DNA of 64,000 bases from Antedon mediterranea (taxonomy: Eukaryota > Animalia > Echinodermata), in NCBI RefSeq assembly GCF_964355755.1, contig NC_092674.1, forward strand, positions 23,684,001 through 23,748,000, in the 5' to 3' direction. A program made the translations under genes and the position numbers. The number at the start of each line of letters is the position of its first letter. Position 1 is the first letter of the stretch. The notes under the pieces were generated by a model. It saw only the letters and a list, made by a program, of their open reading frames with translations. It searched no databases and was not told the DNA's origin. This document shows, piece after piece, positions 40,355-51,700 of this stretch.

Positions 40355-41518
40355 ATAAACATAAATGAATACTGTACCGTATAATACACATCAAGTATGG
40401 GTGTAGTAACATATTAACATAAGAACACAAATAAATTAGCATAAACCAACAGGTGATACTCATAATAGCTATGATTCTCTATGCAATATTTTGCACTCTG
40501 ATTTTAACTAAATCGACTGTATATGCCTATAATATGTATCCTACCTAGAAAATGTAAAGTACGAGAGTGATGCGAGCAGATCTATAGGCAATAGCATAAC
40601 GTAGTTTTGATGACGCAGGGCCCTCCTAAAAAGACAAACCGAACGACTATACTATTAGAACGTTTTTCATGGGATAACAAAATACCTCCCACGGACATGT
40701 AGTGTATAATCGTCGATCGCCAGCATGAATTTATTTCAGCCGCAAGAACGCGAAACCCTGCCTAGGTCGTCTTGGGCCGATGGTTTTTAGACAAACAATG
40801 AACTTTCGGTTCGAACATGCAATGAACCGTGACGTTCTTTCTATTATGTCATAATTATTCTTATGAATTATTCATGATTTCCTTAACCTCATAGGAAAAA
40901 AATGCTGACGGGAGGTCAAAATACTGTGCAGAATATCAATCAATAAAACGCAATTAAAATGAATATTGTATTTTTGTTTCTGTTCTGCAGTTCCAGTTAC
41001 ATAAAGTATTACAAGTTATATCTCGCTTCCATGTAATCGGGTGGGTAAATTTTTATAGATCTATTTAGCCTATTCCTATTTATGCTTAACTGTTGAAATT
41101 GTTGGGCCTGTACAGACTTAGTGATTCATAGGCACAGTTATCTTAGTTGGTCGAATCAACTTAGTTGATTGAATTTGGATCACAGAGTTAACAACATTGA
41201 ATTAATTGCATTACTTTAATATAGAGTAAAAGTTCTACTACGATTATCAAAACTAATGACGCTTTTTATCTTTGGAAAACTATGTAAATACAAGAGAATG
41301 TTTGCAATTATAGAATCATGAGATAAGTATGTGTACTTAACCATTATAAGTATTTTAAAAATAAAATTATCAAACAGGTAACGTGAAATGCATGTGAACA
41401 TTCGGTATGATATTCGGTATGTGTAATTCATTTAAATGAAATGTTCCCTCTCTGTTAAACCAAAACTAGCAACAAAAGTCTAACTTCAATTGCTTACATC
41501 AAATAAACTGTGTGTGAA

Positions 41519-41620
41519 ACAAGGCCATATACATGGCTGCAGTCGCGTGCTCAAGTTAGTGTTTAACGACCTGCCAACCGACATAGTGAGCTGTAGAGAC
41601 GCGTTACACGCAACTAAAAA
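41519..41620. mobile_element. Short Helentron-associated (HINE/DINE-like) repeat; second copy 44889-45003
   Basis: aaacaaggccatatacatg.ctgcagtcg.gtgctcaa...gaccgac microsatellite...acatagtgagctgtagag.cgc...cacgc.actaaaaa is shared by both copies. Confidence 0.6.
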
Positions 41621-42358
41621 ATAAACGCGAATTGATGACGCAGTACCAGTAGGCCAATATATATTAAATCTATTCATAGATTTTAAGTAGTCATTTAAAA
41701 TCGATCGTGAGAGGTTCTTTCATAGAATTTCCGACAAGCGTGTTTTACAGTATTCCACTAGTTTACCAATCGTTGAAACTTTTAATATGACAACATATCG
41801 TTATTATTATATTTATTCAATTCTATTAGATAGTGGTTTCTTGTTGTAATGTAAACTTAAACGAGCATCACATCTTCAAGTTTTATTAGGACGGACTGTG
41901 TACATAACGCTGGCGATCTCGGAAAACGTGCGTTCTTGAAACTCGAGAAAAACGAAAACGCATTTACTCGAGATGCACATACGTGGTAATTAATTGAAGA
42001 GCGAGTGGGTTTATTATTTTCACAGCATTACGGTGTATGCCGACAAACAAGAACGAACAAACAAACCACATAGCTACCAATTTCGACAGCTGTTAAAAAT
42101 CGGTTGATAAGCTGATGATAAAGCGAATTTATTCCGACATTCTTCATTCGAAGTATTGGTGAAGTATTCTACTTTGCATTTCTTGAAACAAAAAAGTACC
42201 GAAGCAATCTAATAATACTACAGTGTCACTAATTAGGCCTCTATACGCAATTCCTGTTTTTAAGAAGGTTTTTTTTTTATTATTATTTTCGGGTAGGCCT
42301 AAATGCGTTACCGATGCAATATTGAAAACCTGAGTTTGTGAATGAAGGTTGGAAAGAA

Positions 42359-43090
42359 GACGTTTTGGTGAATCCATAATAGTGGACGTGAAGTATTCTT
42401 TTTTGGATTTCCTGAGGTACCGTAACATTATACCATGGACCTATCATTTATAGGTCCATGATTATACTACTACTACATATTACAACTAATTATATATGTA
42501 ATTCCTGAAGCTTGTTTTAAGAATGTTTCTTTGCGGTAGTTATACAAGACGTTTGGTGAATTTATAATAGTGGACGTGAAGTATTCTATTTTGGATTTCC
42601 TGAACCAAAGGTACCGCAAAATTATACTAATACTACATAATTATTACAACTAACTATACGTAATTCCTGAAACTTAAGAATGTTTCTTTGCGGTAGTTAT
42701 ACAAGACGTTTGGTGAATCTATAATAGTGGACGTGAAGTATTCTATTTTGGATTTCCTGAACCAAAGGTACCGCAAAATTATACTAATACTACATAATTA
42801 TTACAACTAATTATATATACGTAATTCCTGAAACTTAAGAAGGTTTCTTTCCGGGTAAATACGTTACCGTTATAGTTATACAAAACGTTTGGTGAATCCT
42901 TAATAGTAGACATGAAGTATTTTATTAGATCCTGAACCAACGATACAGCAACAGTGTACTTCTACTACTATTAAAACTAATATATACGTAATTTCTGAAA
43001 CTTATTTTATGAATTTTTCTTTGTGGGTAAATGCCTACAATAAAAATTTAAGTTTGTTGATATTTGGAAACAGGACGTTTGGTCAACCCA
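42359..43090. repeat. Tandem repeat, ~160-190-bp unit, 4 copies plus a partial fifth, directly upstream of GPCR 6
   Basis: gacgtttggtgaat.tataatagtggacgtgaagtattct...cctgaaccaaaggtacc at about 42359, 42548, 42705, 42885 and, partially, 43074. Confidence 0.85.
42427..42467. mobile_element. 27-bp palindromic micro-element or footprint with 7-bp TSD (P-element-like)
   Basis: ATTATAC-[CATGGACCTAT CATTT ATAGGTCCATG]-ATTATAC; repeat units 2 and 3 carry the empty site with a single ATTATAC. Confidence 0.75.
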
Positions 43091-43121
43091 TGCTTTCATC
43101 ATCCGACTACACATTGCAGTA

Positions 43122-44306
43122 ATGGAAATATACCAAGAAGTATTGTCGACCGAGCTAATTAGAGACTCGAGTATATTCAATTATACGGATGTCGCTAGTT
43201 TTTGTATCGACAGAAATTTTACTTATACTCCATCTTATTTGTATACAAACTTTGAGACTGTAAACATACTAATCATTTTACCGTTACTACTTTTTCTGGC
43301 AATTCTTACAAACTTGGTGTTTATCATCGTTGTTGCGCGTGCACCTCGCATGCGCACGACAACAAATATTTATCTTGTGTCGTTAGCTTTAGCAGATCTT
43401 TTGTATACAATAATTGGAATTACGGAGAAGCTCCACGCGTATATAAGATCGCCAATTTACTTTGACAGTGCATATTCTTTAGACTTATGGTGCGCAGTTA
43501 TGCCTTTGTTGAAGAACGCAGGACTTTTTGCGTCGATGTTCCTGGTGACTGTGTTCTCTTACGAGAGATATGAAGCAGTCTGTCATCCTCTTACAAAACA
43601 TAGCCTCAGTTCCAAACGACGCGCACTCAAACACATTACGATTGCTTGTGTTTTGGCGCTAATACTTGCCGCCACAACTGTTCCAGCATTCGCAAATAGA
43701 GTCGTTGCCTGTCTGAAGAAACTTGCAGAAGACGAACACTCTGATATTCCAGACACGATAATTTTATGCACACCGGTAAAGCAACGGTTCGAACTTTACA
43801 ATGATTTCGTCCAGACTCTTCCGTTTTTTCTTGTTATGATATTCAGTAACGCTGCGTACGTTTTGATTATAATAGAAATTCGAGGAAGCGCAAGAGATGC
43901 GAAACTAAAACGTGCGGATTCAAGTCGAGTTATTCAAGAAAGCATCAACATCACAAGGATGCTGATTGTAAATGGTGTCGTGTTCTTTATCCTAATGGCA
44001 CCATTTCACATTTTATCTTTAAGTGGAGTGATCAGTTCCATAATCACGGGTGAGTACCTTCTATCGGAAGAGGCATTTAGATGGATTATACAGGTCGTTC
44101 GGGTGCTTGCATACTGTAACGCTGTCGTGGATCCGGTGATCTACAGCGCCGTTAATCCGTCGTATAGAAAAGCCATGTACCAAGTCATTTGCTCGCTACA
44201 TATACTGAGAAGGAAAAGGTCGAATAGCTTTGGCACTTACTCGATGTCATACCTTCTGACAGAGCGCGACAGAAGACCTTCAAATGTGAACGAAACTATA
44301 ACCTAA
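43122..44306 (+). CDS. Intronless class A GPCR 6 (divergent family member, DPxxY)
   Basis: 394 aa, 7TM, SLALAD, YERY, MAPF, NAVVDPVIY. Confidence 0.93.
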   Translation: MEIYQEVLSTELIRDSSIFNYTDVASFCIDRNFTYTPSYLYTNFETVNILIILPLLLFLAILTNLVFIIVVARAPRMRTTTNIYLVSLALADLLYTIIGITEKLHAYIRSPIYFDSAYSLDLWCAVMPLLKNAGLFASMFLVTVFSYERYEAVCHPLTKHSLSSKRRALKHITIACVLALILAATTVPAFANRVVACLKKLAEDEHSDIPDTIILCTPVKQRFELYNDFVQTLPFFLVMIFSNAAYVLIIIEIRGSARDAKLKRADSSRVIQESINITRMLIVNGVVFFILMAPFHILSLSGVISSIITGEYLLSEEAFRWIIQVVRVLAYCNAVVDPVIYSAVNPSYRKAMYQVICSLHILRRKRSNSFGTYSMSYLLTERDRRPSNVNETIT

Positions 44307-44603
44307 ACAGCGGACACATCCAGATGATCTCAATCATCGTTGGCTCTTAATGGATACGAGTTCTTCACTCATTTTGACATAGCTGTTGGATGTATCTGTG
44401 CACCGGAGTAGGCTAACCCCCTACTCTTCCGTATATGTACTAGGTTATAATTATATGTAAACGATATTGATTGGTGTACACCGGACCTTCAGTTTAAAGT
44501 CCTTATCCGAGTTTGTTTTATCACCACGAACTATGGCCGAGGAGAGTATATTCCTAATAATAATTATAGCTATGATTCACGGCGCCCTGTCTTAACCGCT
44601 TGG

Positions 44604-44677
44604 TGGACACTCGCAGTACTGGACACTCGCAGTACTGGACACTCGCAGTACTGGACACTCGCAGTACTGGACACTCG
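44604..44677. repeat. 16-bp minisatellite x4.5
   Basis: tggacactcgcagtac repeated. Confidence 0.9.
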
Positions 44678-45751
44678 ACCTAAATAAAAATACCCCTGAA
44701 ATGTCAATTCACATCATAAACTACAGTATTAGGATTTTTTCACTTATCGGAAAACGATAGGATGGGTCGAACAGAGAAATGCAAAATTGAAAAAATACAT
44801 TGACTATGATAAATCGATTGCGTGCATTTTAAGACGATTTATAAATCTCTGTAATAGACTTCTAAACGAACAATACAAAATGAATTCTAAACAAGGCCAT
44901 ATACATGACTGCAGTCGTGTGCTCAAATTTGAGTTAGTGTTGACCGACCGACCAACCGACCGACATAGTGAGCTGTAGAGTCGCATTTGCACGCGACTAA
45001 AAAACGACGCATGTTATAATGTCAAAAAACCCCTTATTTCATGTTTTTTTCTTTGTGATTATATTTTGTTTTCCAAATGGTCTTACGACTACAGACAATT
45101 ATTTGTCCCTGTAACAATGTAAATATTGATATTGCTGAATAAATGTGAATTTGAAAAAACATCAGGACGTTTGTTTGAAGTAGTGGTACTTTACCAGAAA
45201 TAAATATTTAAGCTATTTTTTTTTATTATACAACTGTGTAAAGGCATAATTAATAATTTACTCGGATTTAAGAACTTTTGACCAAATCGAATATGGGAGA
45301 GGGGTTGAATATTGAATGTGTATGTTTTGTTCATTATTTATTTTATAGGCCTATATCTTTTGTTACGTCAAATTGCATCAACTAGACTTATAAATATGTA
45401 GTAAATTATAATATACGTATATATACCAATTGAATTGTATTACGAAGTATTTATTTTTAAAATGTTTGTTTGTATATGTATATTTTGGTCTTGCAATAAA
45501 ATAAAAATGATCTCAGTGTAAGAACATTAAGGCCAATTTACACAGACGAGCGGTAACGGTAAACGGAATACAAAAATATAGAATCTTATCTCTTATGACC
45601 ATTTACACAAATCGCAGAGCGCTACCGTTCGTCTGTGGAAATTGACCTTTAACCTTTATTGATAACATTGTAACATACATAATAATAGCTAATAAATGTC
45701 AATTCAATTCAAATTCTATCCATTGCATCTTTTCAGCAAATCATAAGGATA

Positions 45752-48700
45752 CTATAAATCATCATCCTCTTCTTCAACTAATCTTCTACTAGACTCCAAT
45801 CCTGTTTTTCTTTTAGACATTAGTGGTTTCATTGCTGTTGCTAGACTCTGGTACAGTCGTGGAAACAGAAGCTCTTGTGTTGCTAATAGTTGCTTTGTTC
45901 GATGTCTTTCCTGAAAAATTCAAACAATGAAATGATTTATAATCTTTAAATTGTCCAAACCTACAGAATTTCTCTAAAATTACGAGCATTCCAGGTCATG
46001 GAAACAACCATTGTTTTCAGAAAAGTATCCTTTTCTTAAACTGAACATACAGTAGAACTATATACATATCCAAAAAGTCTGACTCCACAAACTTAGTCCA
46101 TAAGAAGTTCATCATAATTGAGAACAAGGTCTATGTAGGAAAGGGGGAAAAACAGGTCCTCCAAAAATATTCCGCAGAAACTACTTCCTAGAAATATCTC
46201 CTCTTTTTTTCAGAAGTAGTAATTTAAATCTGTATTATGCTGTTAATTGGGACATCATACCCCTTATGAATAGTAGCGAGATCTTCCTGGTAGTGAACTA
46301 GAAAGATTCTACAAGCTTTCCTCAAAGCTCTATCTACATTATCAAACTTTAAGTGATAAAAAAATTGCTCATATATGGATATGCTGACGTCATATCTCTA
46401 TCATATTTAGGAACATCACACTTTTTTTTTGTCAGTTTAATAGTGTAAAGCTTTACTCTTTCCACAAACAACTGTAAATTCATCAGGTATTACCTATCTC
46501 CCACCAGTAACAAATACATAAAGAGGATTATATACCTTTGGAGCCTCGAAGCAAGCTGGGCAATTCTCAGCAATGACTGGCAAACGCATCTACGTAAACA
46601 AATAAACTGTTTCATTAAATGTAGTTTTGATTTTAACATTATTGTTATTCAGTTTATACAGTAGAACTCCTATTCAAGGGACACTTTTGGGGCTCAAAAA
46701 GGTGTCTTCTAAATAGAAGTTGAAAGTAGTGTTAAAAATAGATTTCCCGTCTTGTCCCCTGAATAGGGCTCTACTGTATCTATCAAAATATATTGTGACA
46801 AAATAAAATATTTATTAAAAGTTGGTGCACCAAGGCTCAAAACTGACTAAATTATAACATTTTTCTACAACTATTCTAAAAACGTGACAATACCTCTTTA
46901 GCAAAGTCTCTGAGATCTTTTTCTCTGACATATACAAATGGTCTGATGACTCTTAAATCACCTTCTCTATAAAAAAAAAAGAGAACAATTGTATTATTTG
47001 TTTATAACTACAATAACACTTTTGTACTCTCTCTTCAATTAGTTTGATTTAAAAGTCTATTTTCCTGTGACTTACACACCGGATTACAACATGCATTAAG
47101 GCCAATTAACACAGAAGAACGGTAACAGCAATAAAAATATAGAATCTATGTTATTCCTTGTGACCATTTACACACAACGTGGAGCGGGCAGGTAGTTTCC
47201 GCTCAGGATACAGATTCTACATGGGACAAGTTACACGGTTTTCCACTTACAGTTACTGCTTGTCTGTGTAAATTGGCCTTTTAACGTTTTCTCGCTTCTG
47301 AACTGTGTTGTAAATCAAACTTACTTTACAATATAGTTGGCTTTCATCGTTCTCATAAGGCCATTGTGAAAAACAGACATAAAAAAGCTGAAATAAAAAC
47401 ACACTACACTTTAGAATAATTATTTTAAAAAAATGTACTTAAGACAAGATTATTTTAAATTGGACGTATCAACAATGTTTCATTAGATATCATACCTCTC
47501 AGCTAAATCATCTAGATGCTGACCCATTGCAAGTACATTGTAGTTCTCACGTCTTGCGGCCGCGTAAATTCTACCACGTTTCATTCGTGAACAAAAACTA
47601 CATATTGATGTGCATTCAGGAAGTGAAGCTGCTTGTTCCATTATACCTGTATGAGACACAAAATTTAGTTCATTGACACTTTTGGGGGAGAAATTGAGAA
47701 TGGAAATTACATATTTTTAAATATTTTTATAGATTTTTGCCCAGTAGTAATTGTTTAGCAATACTATAAATTATATGTCATGTCATAAATCAGAAATAAA
47801 TCATATTTCAATTCAAACATGTTTATTTTTGTTTAGGCCTAATAAGCCAATCAAATTATTATTATACTTGCATTGTTCTTCATAAAAATATGGCACCCTC
47901 AGTTCTGATAGGTAACCTTTCAATGGGCTTGGGTCATAGGTCGATGTTTGTGGATCAACTGTGACTGCACCAAGTTCAAATGCTATATTCTAAAATTAAA
48001 ATTAAAGAATTTGAACAGATCTTATTTTTAACTAAATCTAAGAATATAAATACAGATTTTGTGATTAAAATACATTGTTTAAAGATTTTTTATCTAAACA
48101 TACAGATAACGCTAATTTTTTTCAAGCAACAATTTAAAGAAAATTAGTTTAGTCAAAGGTCGACATGGGTGCTTTTAAGTAAATAGTTCCTTTTATCTGA
48201 AATGAGTTGCTTTCAACATAAGCCTGCCAGATGTTTTCCATCAACAAACCTAAAGTGTTACAAATTGCTATCTCGTAGTTATACTTACTTTTTTCTTCGC
48301 ATAATATTGATATTGTTTTAGCGCATGTAGCAGAGACAAACTGTCCTTCCCACCAGATAAACAAACAAGTACTTTGTCACCATCGTGTATCATGTCATAT
48401 TCCTCAAGAGCCTAGAAAGATTTAATTAAAATGATGACGAGTTTTTCAAATAATTGACTTGTCATTACACAACCTTAACCTCTGTCTACACTATCAATCT
48501 AGTTTGACAAACAACTGTGATATGTCCATATATATAAATGGTGACATCATATCACTACCATACTTAGGCAAGACACTTACGTTTGTCTCTCTCCACTCAG
48601 GTGTACATGGGTTGCTGATTACTAGCTGCATAATTATGGCAGCTGCCCATACGTGTTTGATCTAATGGCCAGAGTAATAATGTGAAGCGCTTAGAAGCAT

Positions 48701-51700
48701 TGAGCATTAAAGCACTAGATTGACATAATTACCTCTGTTGTTGGTTTAAATATGCTCTTGGGTGGTGGGTAAAACCTTGGCGTTCCATCCACCTCTTTCT
48801 TCTTTTTGTTGTTCTGTTTCTGAAACTTATGCTTAGGTTTTGGAGGCTTTCGTTTAATAAGTGGACAGCTGGTTACTGATGTATCTTTAATATCCTTAGT
48901 ACAAGTTGTTTCTTTTGCTGATTCCGATTGCTTATTCTTTCGTGAAGATTCAAATTTATCACAGGAGCAATTATAAACTTCTGTGTTTCCTCCAGTTGGT
49001 AAATCACAGTGACCATTTTCTGGATGTCTAAAATGACTATTTTCTATATCTAGGTTACTATGTGGCTGATATGATAAACATTTTCCAACTGTGAGAGGTA
49101 AATGATCTGATGATGTGCACTTCTGTGATATCTTTTCTTTTTCCAGCTCACCATTTATAGCAGAATGAGTATCATCACTCTTTAATGTCTCGTCAGCTGA
49201 ATGTGATGTCCTCATCTGCACATCATTGTCTTGAACCAAACCATAAATATGTTGCACAGAAGTAATATCTTCTTTTGTTTCTAATGACATTTTGCTAATT
49301 TTTTCTTTACAGTCAGATACTCCTGCAGCTAAGACAAAGTCTTTTGTTGATGAACTAATATGGTGATCAGACAAATACTCTGATTTTTCTTCTAAAGAAG
49401 GAGTTTTTTGGTCAACCTCTAGTGGTGTCTTCTGGACATCTTCCTTAGAATCATCAGGTCCTAAATGGCATAATTCTACTACTGATTCTCTTTCCACCTT
49501 TGCAATTCCTTCCTTTTGTTGATGTAATGTTGTATCATCTGGATGATGTGGTGGATTGAATGGCATTGTATTTGTGATGGAATGACTTGGGTCATTCTGA
49601 ATCTGAACAGCTTCACTCGGCAGTATAAACCATCGTAAAGATTCTGCCTTTTTGTCAAAAAGCAGAGACTGATCTGGTAGGTCAACCTTTAAAAAGGTAA
49701 AAAAAACAAGGAAAAATCAGGACTAGGCACATACATGAAATATAGCAACAGTATATTCTAAATGTGGTTGAATTAAGATGACACACATATGGCATTCATT
49801 AGTCTGTTCACAACGGCATCGACTGCAATGCAATAGCACCGGAGTTAGACCCAATCTCTTAGAAGAAGCACTTGGTTCTTCCAAGTCCACATAAGCCAGA
49901 TGTTTATCCAGTCATTTTAGGAAGATTTTTCTATCAGAACTAAAGATAGCTGATTTTATGGCTATGATTTGCAGCGCCCTTGCCGTTTGCAGCGCCTTAA
50001 CCTTTCTCCCACTCGACTAAAACATATTCTACTGTAGTTATAACTTACATTCATTTTAGAATTGAATATCTCTGTGGCTAAATTCGAACAGTCCTAGAGA
50101 AACAAAAACCAAAACAATTATAACTATAAATAACAGGATTTACAACGGACTAACAATCCTTAAAAGGTTTTTCTTCTAAAAGTAATCAAAATATTTGTTG
50201 GTACCTGATAGTTTTCTGGGGACCTTCCTTTGTTTTTTGGGACTGGAGGTTTAGGGTAAGCTAATTTTCCAGTTGCGTAAGAAATAGAACCAAGCCAGCG
50301 CCGATCTCTGAATACTTGATGATAACGCTGCTTCCATTCTCCAGTTTCTGGGTTAAACATGTACTGAAATGAAAAATGTTTATGTACAGTAGCAACAGAA
50401 TTTTTGGAAATTTAATTCCTCGGCCTGATGAATAGTTACGACAGTGAACACATTATTCAATCAAAACTTTTAAATTAATATCTTCTATTTACCTGTGGCA
50501 ACAATTTCCATCCCTCATTTGCTACCATAGCAACGGAAGAAATAACAAACTCTACCGCCTCATCACTCATAAAATAAGGTAGATTAATACGTGCAAAACC
50601 TGGCCTAGATGTAGATAATGAAAACAGTATATTTACAGAATGCAATCTTCTTAATTCTCTTTTTAAACATTATATTTACAAATTGTATTTCTCCATATAT
50701 TTTAACCTAATTAAATATAATAGTATATATAGAAATGCAACCATATTATTTATTTTAGCAGACTTGCCCCAAGTCTCTAGTTATTGTCTTTTTTAATTTA
50801 TGTATAGTCAGCTTTTTCATTTGTCTGAAAAAGTATTATACATATTAAACGCCAACTAAGACAACATTTTCTTTTCACCAATATTAGGTCGAAATGCTGT
50901 CTAGAGCCTAGACTAAAATTGTAGGTAAATTTTCTGTGGTTTTAATTTTAACCTACAGTATAACAGTTTTTGTCTACTTAACTTTGCAGTATTTAAAATA
51001 AAAAATGAAACATGAATGAAAACAATGTTTTTTATGTTAAATGATACATTTACTATAATAAAAATGTTAAATTACCTTAATATTTCTTTTTCAGAATATT
51101 CTTGGTACCTTCTCAGATGTGTTCTGTCCAGTCGACTGCAAAACAATAATAAAAAAGTAAATTAAAGTCCATTATAATATCTAATTTACATGGTTAGCCT
51201 TCTACATTGTTTGAAAGACATGTGGGTCTCTCTTCCATAAGATGCACACCATTAGTAGCTTTTAGCATACACAATATAAAATAGTTTTAGTAAAATGGAA
51301 ACATGCAATTTATACCTGTCTTCTAAAAGGAGGGATTCAATCTCTTTTGCTAAATTTTCATCAATGCCAAGCAAGTCCTAAAAATCAAAATAATTAAATC
51401 ACAGTAGTTATATATTTGGATTGAATTTCAAACTACAAAATTAGGCATGTACGTTATCAGGGTATGCAATATCATAAATGGGGTAGTCTCACCCATCGAC
51501 CCCACCTTTCCATGGTACACCACTGGGTATATAGGATGCTTATTCAAGCATGTGGTGCTGTACTTACCTGAGCATATGGTACATACCTGAGTGTATGGTA
51601 CATACCTGAGTGTATGGTACATACCTGAGCATATGGTACATACCTGAGCATATGGTACATACCTGAGCGTATGGTACTTACATGAGCATATGGTACATAC

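Noticed and set aside
45752-48411. TtcA domain as bacterial contamination or very recent horizontal transfer
   Set aside because: It is split by six spliceosomal introns and shares host repeats and base composition; any transfer would be ancient.
48715-49566. 283-aa stand-alone ORF
   Set aside because: Internal exon 18 of the fusion gene, bounded by an acceptor at 49687 and a donor at 48732.
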